DNA of 36,660 nucleotides. Origin: a virus (taxonomy: Duplodnaviria > Caudoviricetes). Under the pieces are notes generated by a model. It did not search any database. It was given only the letters and a program-made list of their open reading frames with translations, and was not told where the DNA came from. This document shows, piece after piece, positions 8,617 through 18,303 of this stretch (position 1 is the first letter of the stretch; every line of letters starts with the position of its first letter). Position numbers and translations under genes: made by a program. The stretch covers positions 1 to 36,660 of IMG/VR virus record IMGVR_UViG_3300017903_000747; one strand, 5' to 3'.

Positions 8617-10169
8617 CGGCCTGCAACCTCCTTCACGTCGATGTCGAGTCCGGTCAGCCTCCAGTAGTCGGACGCGGAATCTGACGAGATGCGCAGCGCG
8701 AAGTATCTGCCGCTGCTGCGGAAGTCCACCTTGTGATCGGTCTCGACGTTGAAGGTCTTATCGACCAGCCAACGTATGCCGTCCTGTGGTGCGTCAGAGA
8801 CACCGACCTCAATGCGTACCGTCCCAGAGCCTTCGATCTGGGGCATGATGCCGTTTAGTTGCTTGATGTTGCGCGTGGACTTGCCAAGCACTTGATCGAG
8901 GTCGATCTTAGTGGCCTCTAAGAAGGCATCCATCGCGCTGCCGCTGAGGCCGTTTGTGTCCTTGAGGATACGGATCTTGCTGTCGCTGTAGCAGGCACCG
9001 AAGACTCGGATGTTGTTGGCTTGGGTGCTGAGGCTGATGTTCGACCAGTAATCTGAAGATACGTCCCACGTCAACGACGATGCGTCGTAGCTGCCGGAGG
9101 TGTCCATGCGGTCTGCCACAGTCAGCGCCCTGACGTTGGGGAGGTCGATGAACGTGAATGCGTCCTGCGTCCAGTTATACACCAGCGCCCGATTAGCGGA
9201 CTGCGAGTCGGCTGCGTCCTGATCTGCGTAGCAGATATAGATTTCTGTCGCGTCCGGGATGGTCTGGCAGAACACAGAGCGGGTGTCGGTGAGGTCGTTG
9301 AAGAAAGTACGACGCACCTTGTTATCGACTAAGCTCCGCTTCTGGCTGCCATCGTGGAGATATATGTCATTCTGTCCGACTACAACGTGACCGTTGGGTA
9401 TCGGCGCCACAGCGCCACGGTTCAGGATGCCGTCATCGCTGAACAGCTCGCGGAAGCTGAACACCAGCGGTGCACCGATGAAGTCCATAGCGTACACGCC
9501 GCGCTCTGCATAAATTATGTTGCTGTTTCGCAGAGTCATCTGATCCACCAGCGCGCCGTTGGCACCGCCCAGCGTGGTCTCGCCAGAGAGGTTGGTGGTG
9601 CTGGTGATGTCGTAGTCGCCGGGGATGCTGGAGGGGTCGTACTCGTCTGACCAACGAACCGTGTAAGGGCGCTCGGTGCTGCCTTGCTCGTAGCCGGTCA
9701 TGACCAAGAAGCTGTTAAAGGGCTTGAGGCAGCTAGTTGTCAAGCCAGAGGGCCAAGAGGGGAGGTCAGCGAAGCGGGTGCCGGATGGCAGCATATACTG
9801 CGGTGCCTCGACCCCGTTGTTCATTAGCATCGCCGTACCTAGCTGCGCGCTCTGCCAGCGGGGGCTATTGCTGTAGTTGGTGGCGTCGGATGTCTTGGTC
9901 ACGTTCGTGACCGTTGCGCCGTTGAAGCGGTAGAGCTTGTTAAGCGCCCCGATCACCAACGTGTTGTTTCCGCTGTAAAGCCAACCCTGAACGTGGGTGG
10001 GTTGGAACGACAGCGACTCCCGGACGCTGTGGCCCAGCGCCTTGCCGATGCGGCCAGAGTGGAACGCGACATTGTTGCCGTCCGGGAACTGGGTAAGCTC
10101 CAAATCATACGGGTCTTGGTCTGTGACGATCCCGCCTGCGCCGATTTTTCTAAGTGGTATGTACGGCAT
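8613..10169 (-). CDS. Tail hub/nozzle (packaged DNA stabilisation, P22 gp10-like)
   Basis: 518 aa beta-rich; TVRWSD, ALVYNW, GRYFALRI motifs; synteny. Confidence 0.8.
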   Translation of the reverse strand: MPYIPLRKIGAGGIVTDQDPYDLELTQFPDGNNVAFHSGRIGKALGHSVRESLSFQPTHVQGWLYSGNNTLVIGALNKLYRFNGATVTNVTKTSDATNYSNSPRWQSAQLGTAMLMNNGVEAPQYMLPSGTRFADLPSWPSGLTTSCLKPFNSFLVMTGYEQGSTERPYTVRWSDEYDPSSIPGDYDITSTTNLSGETTLGGANGALVDQMTLRNSNIIYAERGVYAMDFIGAPLVFSFRELFSDDGILNRGAVAPIPNGHVVVGQNDIYLHDGSQKRSLVDNKVRRTFFNDLTDTRSVFCQTIPDATEIYICYADQDAADSQSANRALVYNWTQDAFTFIDLPNVRALTVADRMDTSGSYDASSLTWDVSSDYWSNISLSTQANNIRVFGACYSDSKIRILKDTNGLSGSAMDAFLEATKIDLDQVLGKSTRNIKQLNGIMPQIEGSGTVRIEVGVSDAPQDGIRWLVDKTFNVETDHKVDFRSSGRYFALRISSDSASDYWRLTGLDIDVKEVAGR

Positions 10170-10585
10170 CAGGGGTTCTCGTTGATGTCGAGGTCTTTAG
10201 ACACAGACACAGTCACCCGCGTGGTGACGCTTGCGCCGTTGTATGTGGCCGTCACATCGACCACGCTTGTGCGACTAGAAATAGGCGCACCACCGTATGA
10301 CAAGCGCACAAACGTGGCGGTGCCGCTGCTCGATCCGGTGGTGAAGGTATTGCTGCCAGAGACGAGGCTGAAGCTCCAAGTTACGCTCTTGTTTGCGGTA
10401 ACCGAGACGGTGGCTGTGCCTGTAGCGTCATTATAGGCGGTGACATAGTGCGATCCGCTTGCTGGGCTGGTAGTGAGAACCACGTTAGACCAAACAAGAG
10501 TCGAGCCGACGTAGACGGCCTCGACCTGAGTCGATCCGACCTTTACGTTTGATACCTGTGTGTTTCCTACTCGCAGATCAGGCAT
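10169..10585 (-). CDS. Tail fibre-associated protein
   Basis: VKVGSTQVEAVYVGSTLVW N-terminal motif; Ser/Thr/Val-rich. Confidence 0.7.
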   Translation of the reverse strand: MPDLRVGNTQVSNVKVGSTQVEAVYVGSTLVWSNVVLTTSPASGSHYVTAYNDATGTATVSVTANKSVTWSFSLVSGSNTFTTGSSSGTATFVRLSYGGAPISSRTSVVDVTATYNGASVTTRVTVSVSKDLDINENP

Positions 10586-10588
10586 AAC

Positions 10589-11320
10589 TTATGTCACAAA
10601 GTAGATGGTGTTGGCGTCGGGGGAGCCGGGCAGCGAAGACACAACCGCAACGTGCTTTCCGTCCACCTTGTCGCTGTCTGCCGCCGTGCCGCTCGTTGAC
10701 AGCTTGCCGTTCAGCGCGGTCTGCAATCCATCGACGTTGGCGATGATGTGGTTGTGACTATCGTCCGCCACGGCTGCGGTGATGCTGATGTTGGCGCTGC
10801 CGTTGAAGCTGGCGCTGCCAGACAGATCGCCGCCAAGCGATATAGTCCGAGCCGTCGCCAGCGCAGAGGCCGTTGCCGCGTTGCCGCTGGTGTCCTGCGT
10901 TCCTGCGGAGTTGACGCCGGGCAAGTTGATGTTAGCGGTGCCGTCGAAGCTGACCCCGCCGATGGTTCTGGCGGTCGCCAAAGCTGTCGCGGTAGAGGCG
11001 TTCCCTGTCACGTCCCCGGTCACGTCGCCGGTCACGTTGCCGGTCAGCGCCGCAGTTATCGTACCGGCGGTGAAGTTGCCGGAGGCGTCACGCTTGACAA
11101 TGGCGCTGGCGGTGTTGGCGTTTGTTGCCGCGTTGGCGTCAGTCACGGCGCTGTTGATTGCCGTGTGGGTGCCGCTGACCGCTCCTGCGATATTTGGAAA
11201 CGTGGCCTTGATCGTCTCTTTAATCAGCCGAATGTGATTATCGCCTTGGGCGATGTTGTCAGAGCCGGTAGGGTAGGACGCATTGAGGCCGTTGATGTAA
11301 GTCGCTGATTCTACTGGCAT
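10589..11320 (-). CDS. Short tail fibre/needle protein
   Basis: GDNHIRLIK anchor motif; GNVTGDVTG and ATALATARTI repeats; PDANTIYFV end. Confidence 0.8.
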   Translation of the reverse strand: MPVESATYINGLNASYPTGSDNIAQGDNHIRLIKETIKATFPNIAGAVSGTHTAINSAVTDANAATNANTASAIVKRDASGNFTAGTITAALTGNVTGDVTGDVTGNASTATALATARTIGGVSFDGTANINLPGVNSAGTQDTSGNAATASALATARTISLGGDLSGSASFNGSANISITAAVADDSHNHIIANVDGLQTALNGKLSTSGTAADSDKVDGKHVAVVSSLPGSPDANTIYFVT

Positions 11321-11695
11321 TTATTTTTTCACCTTGTTCATGATCCCGATCACGCTTCGGACGCCGAAGGAGGCGGCGATAATTACTGACAGACCGTACT
11401 GATACCACTGCGGCATCGTGTTCAAAACCTCAAACCCTTGGCGGACATAAGGCACAGCGTCCGGTATGAAGGCCAGAACGAGAGGGATGCTGAACAATAT
11501 GGTCAGCCACTCATCTTTCCAGCTCTGTGCGCTTGACCGCGCCATCGCGGTCTCCCAATCCGCAGCGCTTTTTGCCTGCGTCTTCATGACCGACGCCTCG
11601 GCCTCGGCCTTGGCCTTGGTCTTGGCTACCTTCCCCTCAAGCCACGTCTTACCTAGCTCGGCAACCGGGCCTATGACTGATCCCAATATGTTCAA
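11321..11695 (-). CDS. Putative 3-TM holin
   Basis: SWKDEW followed by two TM helices and ASFGVR; TTG start coupled to upstream TGA. Confidence 0.7.
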   Translation of the reverse strand: MNILGSVIGPVAELGKTWLEGKVAKTKAKAEAEASVMKTQAKSAADWETAMARSSAQSWKDEWLTILFSIPLVLAFIPDAVPYVRQGFEVLNTMPQWYQYGLSVIIAASFGVRSVIGIMNKVKK

Positions 11696-11979
11696 TTCGC
11701 CACCCCGCTGGCTAACAGGCCAGCAAACACCGTCATCCCAATCCAAAACAGACGCTCACCTCTGCCAAGGGTGAACTCCTGCACCGCGTTCTGTGACTCC
11801 AGTGCGTCGATCCTCTCGTCAAGCTCACGCACCTGATCATGTATGCGGTCGTTGTGCTTGAGGATCGTGGTCACGCGCTCCTCTATCCGGGCCAGCGAGA
11901 CCAGTGCCTCGTTGATGCCGTCGAGCTTCTGCTCGAAGCGCGTCAGGCGCTGTTCCACGTCCACTAGCTGTACCGCCAC
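11692..11979 (-). CDS. Coiled-coil membrane protein of lysis cassette
   Basis: LARIEER coiled coil plus C-terminal TM helix; between endolysin and holin. Confidence 0.65.
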   Translation of the reverse strand: MAVQLVDVEQRLTRFEQKLDGINEALVSLARIEERVTTILKHNDRIHDQVRELDERIDALESQNAVQEFTLGRGERLFWIGMTVFAGLLASGVAN

Positions 11980-12314
11980 ATCATCGGCTCAGTCTCACGC
12001 ATATCGACGTGGACAAATGTCTTGGCTATCCCTATACCCTTGAACCCCAGCCTGATCGCGTTGCTTGCAATAGAGTAACGCTGCGCCCCGCCGGTTACCT
12101 TGATATCGGCGGCGATGCCCTGCGTGTGCTGACCCGGTCTGGCCTTCTTGGCCTCGACGCTGTGGCTCGGTGATCGGTATCCCGATGTGATGATGAAAGG
12201 GAATCCGCACACACCGCGCAAGTCATCCAGAGCCGACACGAAGTCGTATCGGATCTCGTTCTCGCCAGTCTCTTGACACGCGAAGTCTTCGATTTGGAAG
12301 TATCGAAAGTCCAT
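11964..12314 (-). CDS. Endolysin, peptidase M15A family
   Basis: ITSGYR...HTQGIAADI...GIG...FVHVD zinc-peptidase motifs. Confidence 0.9.
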   Translation of the reverse strand: MDFRYFQIEDFACQETGENEIRYDFVSALDDLRGVCGFPFIITSGYRSPSHSVEAKKARPGQHTQGIAADIKVTGGAQRYSIASNAIRLGFKGIGIAKTFVHVDMRETEPMMWRYS

Positions 12315-12376
12315 AAGGCTCCAGAGGGGTTGGTTTGCTGTCGCCGGACGGCGGTGTAGCAGGGTGGTTGTTGTCG

Positions 12377-12411
12377 ATTCTACTTAAAGTTGTATCTAAA
12401 TCAAAGGCTTA
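12377..12411 (-). promoter_or_regulatory. Possible sigma70 promoter for lysis/tail genes with overlapping IHF site
   Basis: TTGATT-N16-TAGAAT on minus strand; AATCAAAGGCTTA (12399-12411) matches WATCAANNNNTTR. Confidence 0.5.
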
Positions 12412-12449
12412 CAGGTAGGTGAATTTCAACGTGGTTATAGTCATACACT

Positions 12450-13010
12450 TCAGCGTATATCTACCATGCCGAGCGAAATCCGGTTGGTGTCTGAACCCAC
12501 GCAGTGCCAGAACAGCCCGTCTGCCGGGATATCGAAATGGCGAACCATTACTCTCTCTGTGTCCCAATCAGTGACAACCGTGTCCGTCGCCGAGTCGTAG
12601 TACCTAAAGAAGCTGTGGTTTGTCTTTTCAACGCAGCTAATGTACGTCCGCCGTCCGGGTCTATCTGAGTTAGTGTGCCAGCCGATGTACCCGCCCGGCG
12701 GGTAGTGAAAAAAGCCGGTGCCCTCCATGTAGAACTCGCCTTCGGGTAGAAACTCCGTGTACAAATCGCCTGCGTCTGAGTCTTCGAGCCTCTTTCTGTT
12801 GCGTTGGGTCGCCGGAAAATCCGGCGCAAGGGCAAGAATTTCTCTCAGCCGAGCCTCAGAGCAAACGGAGTCTTTGTCCGTCAGCGAGGCGTCCCACTGC
12901 TGAGTGTAGGGAACTGACTCAATCAATGAGAGGCTTGAAAGGTCTAGCCCATCGAACCACCCCTCGATGACGGCTACATCTGTTGTCAAAAAATTACAAG
13001 TGTTTGGCAT
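12450..13010 (-). CDS. 2OG-Fe(II) oxygenase-like protein
   Basis: YPPGGYIGWHTN...WHCV...RISLG (HxN...H...RxS). Confidence 0.75.
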   Translation of the reverse strand: MPNTCNFLTTDVAVIEGWFDGLDLSSLSLIESVPYTQQWDASLTDKDSVCSEARLREILALAPDFPATQRNRKRLEDSDAGDLYTEFLPEGEFYMEGTGFFHYPPGGYIGWHTNSDRPGRRTYISCVEKTNHSFFRYYDSATDTVVTDWDTERVMVRHFDIPADGLFWHCVGSDTNRISLGMVDIR

Positions 13011-13013
13011 GGT

Positions 13014-13811
13014 TTAATCGTCGCTGTCCACTGCACTCGCTCTGGATTCTGATCGGATGTCGAAGCTCACAGTGTGAGAGGTGTGGTTCGCCTTCGTCAG
13101 ATAAACAGTCATCACCGCGTTTTCAATGTCTGACTGAGAAAAGTAGCCGTTACCGCTCTTGTAAGTGTTTGAGCGGATTGCTGCGCCCTTGGTACCGTTA
13201 AAACTGGTGTTCGACGCCGCTGGCGATGCACCGTTCATATAAGTGCTGGTCGAGTAAGTGCTGTTCCCGCCTGTGATTCTTATCGTCCAGCCGGTCCCCG
13301 CGTTGGTGCCCGACTGCCAAAGGAGTTGAGTGTGGTAGTACGCACCCGAATTTGGTCTGGATAAAGAGCCGCTCGACGGCACTCGGATCTCAGTGCCGGA
13401 CGTGTTTCGATAATAAATCCGCCCGAATCTTGAAAAGTTGGGGTTGTTGTCGGCGCTCTCGTATCGCCCATAGCCATAAATTTGGATTCTTCCGCTGGAA
13501 TTCGGATAGCACAACAGACCAGCAAAGGTTGTTGAGCCGAAGTCATAGGACTGGTTGTCGGAGCTTGCGCTTTGATATGCGCGGAATGAGTAGTCGGACG
13601 CTTGAGCGGCGGTGTAGGCATAGTACGTCCCGCTGACGGTAGTGAAGTTGCTTGCCCCGTACCACTCGCTGAAGCTCATCGTCGCGCCAGAGCCTTTGCC
13701 GATCAGGGCACGGATGTCCGAGTCGTTGAGACTAGCGCTAGTACCCGATGCCCCGCCTGCCTCGACGTGGATCTGATTGAGGCTAATAGCGCCAGAAGTT
13801 TGGAGTGCCAT
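13014..13811 (-). CDS. Tail fibre tip/receptor-binding-associated protein
   Basis: MALQTSGAISLNQIHVEAGG...MSFSEWYG N-terminal module usually found downstream of S74 fibres; variable Ser/Tyr/Gly-rich C-terminus. Confidence 0.7.
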   Translation of the reverse strand: MALQTSGAISLNQIHVEAGGASGTSASLNDSDIRALIGKGSGATMSFSEWYGASNFTTVSGTYYAYTAAQASDYSFRAYQSASSDNQSYDFGSTTFAGLLCYPNSSGRIQIYGYGRYESADNNPNFSRFGRIYYRNTSGTEIRVPSSGSLSRPNSGAYYHTQLLWQSGTNAGTGWTIRITGGNSTYSTSTYMNGASPAASNTSFNGTKGAAIRSNTYKSGNGYFSQSDIENAVMTVYLTKANHTSHTVSFDIRSESRASAVDSDD

Positions 13812-14071
13812 CAGTCAGTCCAGACCGCGTTGCAGATTGTTTGAACCAGAGCATCCTCGCCGCTGATGTCTGTAGGCACCTGAGTTGGGTCATCCGCCAA
13901 TGCTGGGTCTTCAACATAGCGAGGGAGATTAACTGTCTGGTATGTGGTTGCAGGCAGCGCGTCATCGTCGGCGTCATCAAACACCCATCGGTAGGTGACA
14001 TTAACCCGTGGGTCTGGAGAGACAACCAAAACCTGAATATCTGCTACTGATCTAGTCTTTGTAATCGCCAT
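13811..14071 (-). CDS. Small tail fibre accessory protein
   Basis: 86 aa, coupled to neighbours; ends VQTICNAVWTD. Confidence 0.7.
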   Translation of the reverse strand: MAITKTRSVADIQVLVVSPDPRVNVTYRWVFDDADDDALPATTYQTVNLPRYVEDPALADDPTQVPTDISGEDALVQTICNAVWTD

Positions 14072-16429
14072 CTATTGTTTCTCCTTCATCTGGCTCTTCA
14101 AGGCGTCCACCTCGGCTTTTAGTTCTTTGATCGCCTCAATCAGCAGGGGAACAATCTTCTCCTTATCGACGGTCAGGAACTCGTGATCTGTTCCGCACTT
14201 CGCTGTGTAGTTGCCGTTCATCGGGGCTTCCACAACCGCGTCAGGTATAACCGCCTGTATCTCCTGCGCTATGACGCCTGTTTCGTGCATATGCTGAGGG
14301 TGGAAGTCATACTCCGAAGCGATGTCATCTACCCAATCAAACTCAACGCCACGGATGCGCGTCACTTTGTCGAGGGCATTGTCGATGCTCTGAATGTTTG
14401 TCTTGAGACGACGGTCTGAGGCGTAAGCGGTGACATTGCCGGTGAAGTAGCCGTGTCCCTGTTGACCACTGAAGTAAATACGGGCATCACCGTCAGAGGC
14501 AACGTACATGCCCCAGCCAGAAGATCCTGCAAAACCTATAAAGGACGCGTTTGTGTGAGAGTAGCCGATTCCATACATATTGCCGAGGGCTGCGTCACTG
14601 GGGTTATAGCTAGAGCCGATTGTGTAAATAGGGTTTGATTTATAGCTGTTCGCGCCAACCGAGTTGTAGCTACCTTCTAGGTGACCGGAGTTGTGGCTTG
14701 ACCTCTCTAAGGCGTATCCGCTTTTCAGTCGTATATCTTGGGTTGTCACTCTCCCTGACTCCCCACTGACGTTGAAATACTGACCGCTGCTGTTATGACT
14801 CCCTATCGCAAAATCTGCCCCAGAGCTGTTGTTGTTGTTTGAATCTAAGTCAATGTAAACCGCGCCGTAGGAGCTAATCAGAATGTCATCGGCAACGGTG
14901 TTGGATGAGTCTCTTGAGAAAATGCCGTGATGTTGGTTGGCATCGCCGTAGAACGTGATACCGCCTGCTCTCGGCATGTGGAGGTAATAAGCGGCTGCCG
15001 ATGAGGAAGCGCGAAGGTCAATGGTTCCGTTTGCGGTCACAGCGCCCGTGAAGACCGCAGCGCCGCTGCCTATTGTAAGTTGATTTGAACTACTGGCTGC
15101 CCTGCGAAGAACAAGGTCTTGGTTGTAAGAGTCAACAATACCTTCATCAACGGTGATGCGTTTATTGAAATAAAACTTACCCCTGTCCGTTTGGAAGTGA
15201 GTGTAGGCAGTGTTCATCGGGCCAACATCGACATAGCCGCTGTCGGTCTGGATACGAACTGCGTTGCCAGAGCCTTCGTGGATTCGGGTGTTGGTGTCGT
15301 TTATGTAGACGTTAGCGGTGGTCACTGATGTCGGTGCTATAGCAACACCGTCTACTGTCGCGTCTGCTCCATCGGCTCCGGCTGGGCCTTGTGGGCCTTG
15401 TGCGCCAGTGGCACCTGTGGCTCCGGTTGGGCCTGCTGGGCCTTGAGCACCAGTTGCACCCGCCGCGCCGTCTGCGCCGTCGTTACCTGCTGGGCCTTGT
15501 GCGCCGGTTGCGCCCGTTGGCCCCGCTGGGCCTTGTGGGCCGGTGGCACCAGTAGGGCCAGTCAGCGCATCTAGCTGAGTCTGCGTGAAATCCGCATAAA
15601 CAAATGCGTCACCCTGCGGCCCTTGCGCTCCAGTTGCACCCGTTGGCCCCGCTGGGCCTTGTGGGCCGGTGGCCCCGGTATCGCCTTGTGGCCCGGTGGC
15701 CCCGGTATCGCCTTGTAAACCCTGCGGCCCTTGTGGCCCTGTCGCGCCCTGCGGCCCGGTTGCCCCAGTGGCCCCGGTATCGCCCTGCAAACCCTGTGGC
15801 CCCTGCGGCCCGGTTGCCCCAGTTGCGCCAGTGGCCCCAGTGTCTCCACGAGGCACGGTCAGCGTGTTGGTGCCAGAGTCGAAGCTGACGCTGGTGCCCT
15901 CCGCGCCCGTGGACACGTTCAGTGTCTGAATCGAGGTCGCGCTGGCTGCGGCGTTGGTGGCAGAGGTGGCTGCGTTGGACTCGGATGTCGAGGCGTTGCT
16001 TGCCGACGTTGCGGCCTCGCTTGCCTTGGTGGTGGCGGTTGTTGCAGAGGCTGCGGCGCTTGTGGCCGATGTGGCTGCCGCGCTCTCACTAGAGGCGGCG
16101 TTAGCCTCAGCGCTCTCGGCGTTAGTCTCAGCGGTCTCGGCGTTTGCCTCAGCGGTCTCGGCGTTGGTTTCCGCAGTCTCGGCTGCGGTCTTGGCCGTCT
16201 CCGCCGCTGACTGTGCAGCTTCCGCTGCTACCTTGGCAGCCTCGGCGGCGTTCTTGCTCGCCAGCGCGTCAGCCGTATAGGCGTCGGTGGTGGTCTGATC
16301 GGGGGAGCCTTGATAGAAACCGCTGGCGGTGTCGGTCTGGGTTACCGCATCCTCTGCGATGGTGGACTCGGTTGCGTCCTCAGAACCTACCTGCGTTGCA
16401 GGCGGGTTGTCCTTAAAAAATCCAGCCAT
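14072..16429 (-). CDS. Long tail fibre with Ala-rich stalk, collagen-like repeats and C-terminal S74 intramolecular chaperone
   Basis: GXY repeats; SDRRLKTNI...GVIAQEIQ...[11 protein letters not shown] chaperone signature. Confidence 0.92.
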   Translation of the reverse strand: MAGFFKDNPPATQVGSEDATESTIAEDAVTQTDTASGFYQGSPDQTTTDAYTADALASKNAAEAAKVAAEAAQSAAETAKTAAETAETNAETAEANAETAETNAESAEANAASSESAAATSATSAAASATTATTKASEAATSASNASTSESNAATSATNAAASATSIQTLNVSTGAEGTSVSFDSGTNTLTVPRGDTGATGATGATGPQGPQGLQGDTGATGATGPQGATGPQGPQGLQGDTGATGPQGDTGATGPQGPAGPTGATGAQGPQGDAFVYADFTQTQLDALTGPTGATGPQGPAGPTGATGAQGPAGNDGADGAAGATGAQGPAGPTGATGATGAQGPQGPAGADGADATVDGVAIAPTSVTTANVYINDTNTRIHEGSGNAVRIQTDSGYVDVGPMNTAYTHFQTDRGKFYFNKRITVDEGIVDSYNQDLVLRRAASSSNQLTIGSGAAVFTGAVTANGTIDLRASSSAAAYYLHMPRAGGITFYGDANQHHGIFSRDSSNTVADDILISSYGAVYIDLDSNNNNSSGADFAIGSHNSSGQYFNVSGESGRVTTQDIRLKSGYALERSSHNSGHLEGSYNSVGANSYKSNPIYTIGSSYNPSDAALGNMYGIGYSHTNASFIGFAGSSGWGMYVASDGDARIYFSGQQGHGYFTGNVTAYASDRRLKTNIQSIDNALDKVTRIRGVEFDWVDDIASEYDFHPQHMHETGVIAQEIQAVIPDAVVEAPMNGNYTAKCGTDHEFLTVDKEKIVPLLIEAIKELKAEVDALKSQMKEKQ
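15360..15855 (-). repeat. Collagen-coding tandem repeats ([15 protein letters not shown] units)
   Basis: Degenerate 9/18/27-nt repeats such as GGGCCTTGTGGGCCGGTGGC; one interruption ([16 protein letters not shown]). Confidence 0.9.
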
Positions 16430-16430
16430 C

Positions 16431-17033
16431 TTAGTATCCCATCTGGACGGTTGCAGTCGCTCCTGCGTTCTCAGCCATCGCAGCGTGCTGCATCAGTCGC
16501 CCCATGGCGTTCTGGTAGCCGCCCTCCCAGCGGGAGCCGTCGCTGCCTAAATACTGCGCCGCCTCAGACAGCGCACCGTAGAGGTAAAGCTCCGGCGCTG
16601 CGGCAAATACCACATTGCTGTTGTCGCTGCTCGTTAATCGACCGGGGTCGTAGTAGTAGATCATCCGAAGCTCGTCGGTATCGCCCACCGTGGGCACCGG
16701 GTAGAAACGCAGACGGTAGGTCTCTCGGGCAAACACCTCCGGGGCCACGCCAGTGCGCTCGGTGTAGCTGTGGATCTGTGACAGCGTGACGCGAGAGATC
16801 GGCTCATAGTTCCAGAACAGATCCTTGGCCTCCAAGAAGTCTGACGGCAGTGTCGCATAGCCGTCGCTGCTCAGAGTTAGAAGGATCGTCTTCTCATTAA
16901 CTGGCGCTCGAAGCTCGTGGTAAATCCGGTTCTCCGCAAGCTCAATAAAATCTGGTATCACCGAGGTCAGGTCTTCGCGGTTCAGCCAGTCGGCTATCGA
17001 GACCTTGAGGCCGTCATAGGTACTTAGGCTCAT
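16431..17033 (-). CDS. Head-tail adaptor
   Basis: [10 protein letters not shown]...[12 protein letters not shown]...PELYLYGAL motifs. Confidence 0.8.
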   Translation of the reverse strand: MSLSTYDGLKVSIADWLNREDLTSVIPDFIELAENRIYHELRAPVNEKTILLTLSSDGYATLPSDFLEAKDLFWNYEPISRVTLSQIHSYTERTGVAPEVFARETYRLRFYPVPTVGDTDELRMIYYYDPGRLTSSDNSNVVFAAAPELYLYGALSEAAQYLGSDGSRWEGGYQNAMGRLMQHAAMAENAGATATVQMGY

Positions 17034-17329
17034 AGTCTACCGCCTCGGGTTCTTAGGTACGCATACTCCGGGGAGTTCAGCTTCTTCTTGATCTTCTGCT
17101 GATCTTCATATGTCGGGGCCATCACGTTGATGCCCTCCTTCATCCACTCCATGACAACCACAGCCGGGATGGTCGCAACACGGGTGGTGTCGCCCCACTT
17201 GGTGTGCTTGTCGGCCTCGTTGGCTTGAGCGATGTTGTTGGCGATGATTGGCTTGATGTCCTGCGTGTGCGCTACATGCAGCTTGTCTTCCATCTCATCG
17301 TGTTGAATTAGGGTCTTCAAATCTGACAT
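17030..17329 (-). CDS. Conserved hypothetical protein downstream of capsid gene
   Basis: QDIKPII...VATIP...LNSPEYAYLRT; GAGG RBS. Confidence 0.75.
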   Translation of the reverse strand: MSDLKTLIQHDEMEDKLHVAHTQDIKPIIANNIAQANEADKHTKWGDTTRVATIPAVVVMEWMKEGINVMAPTYEDQQKIKKKLNSPEYAYLRTRGGRL

Positions 17330-17341
17330 TTCTTCCACCTC

Positions 17342-17375
17342 AAAAGAAAGGATGGCGACCCCCGGAGGGGCCGCC
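17342..17375 (-). terminator. Intrinsic terminator after major capsid gene
   Basis: GGCGGCCCC-TCCG-GGGGTCGCC stem-loop followed by ATCCTTTCTTTT. Confidence 0.7.
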
Positions 17376-17402
17376 GTTGCTCAGGGGAGGGATGAGCAAA
17401 CT

Positions 17403-18302
17403 TTACGCGGTCAGTGCGTCGATCTTGCCGCTGGCCTTGTCGTTTTCACAGACTAGCGTGAGTTCGGTGAGCATTTGACGTTTATCGCTGTCACCGACCT
17501 TGGCCAAGACAATGGTCTGCATCGGACGAAGCACGGCGCGAGACCAATACTCTGTGTCCAGAACCAGAACGGTGTTGGCGTCGAGGAAGCGGTTTGGGAT
17601 CAGAGACACTTGGCCGAATGGCGAAATGATCACGTCCACAGCGTTCACGAGCGTGGTGCCGGTAGCGAAGTCACGCTGACGGCCTGACGCCGTTGCAAAG
17701 CCTGCAACCGTTACAGAGTGAGAGGGAGTAACCTGAACTTGGTTAGGTTCGCCACCTTCTTCGTAGCACTTCTGCAAGACATCCAACAGGAGCGTTTCGG
17801 TCAGTGCGCGGTTGCTTCCAGCGGTGTTGGTGGTCGCTGAGTTGATCTGGTTCGCGGCAGAGGTCAACTGACGTGCAGTTGAGCCGTTACCGGCGGTGCC
17901 AGCTTGTCCAGCGCCTACGAAGGCGTGCTCGATGTCGCGCTTGATTTCCTTACCGGCCTTGGCGATGGCGTATGCCAGATCGCTGGTGCGACCATAGGTG
18001 CCAACCGCTTCAGCGGTTCCAGATACCTGTACCACCTTGTCGAAGATCTGCGTGTTTGCAGTCTTGACCACCTGAGTGATCGTAGAGGCAGTGCCTGCGT
18101 CCGCGCCTTCAACGGCGGCGTTGGTGCCTACCGCAGCCAGCTCATCTTGCAGCCACTGGTGCAGGGTCGCAGATGCAGTTGAGGTGCCGATGCTGGAGAG
18201 CATGGGCGTAGTGGTTGGGCTGATGTCATAGATGATGTCCTCGACATCTTCACGCTTACCAACCTGATCGAAAGTTTTTAGAGTACCGCTTACTGTGGGC
18301 AT
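17403..18302 (-). CDS. Major capsid protein (DUF5309/SU10-type)
   Basis: GKREDVEDIIYDISPTTTP...HQWLQDEL...NTQIFDK...KEIKRDIE...LAKVGDSDK. Confidence 0.9.
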   Translation of the reverse strand: MPTVSGTLKTFDQVGKREDVEDIIYDISPTTTPMLSSIGTSTASATLHQWLQDELAAVGTNAAVEGADAGTASTITQVVKTANTQIFDKVVQVSGTAEAVGTYGRTSDLAYAIAKAGKEIKRDIEHAFVGAGQAGTAGNGSTARQLTSAANQINSATTNTAGSNRALTETLLLDVLQKCYEEGGEPNQVQVTPSHSVTVAGFATASGRQRDFATGTTLVNAVDVIISPFGQVSLIPNRFLDANTVLVLDTEYWSRAVLRPMQTIVLAKVGDSDKRQMLTELTLVCENDKASGKIDALTA

Positions 18303-18303
18303 T

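Noticed and set aside
12369-12380. 12-mer TGTTGTCGATTC repeated at 25161-25172
   Set aside because: Dozens of 12-mer repeat pairs are expected by chance in 36 kb; no further shared context
13014-16429. Diversity-generating retroelement or shufflon acting on tail fibres
   Set aside because: No reverse transcriptase, no template/variable repeat pair and no inverted fibre cassettes seen
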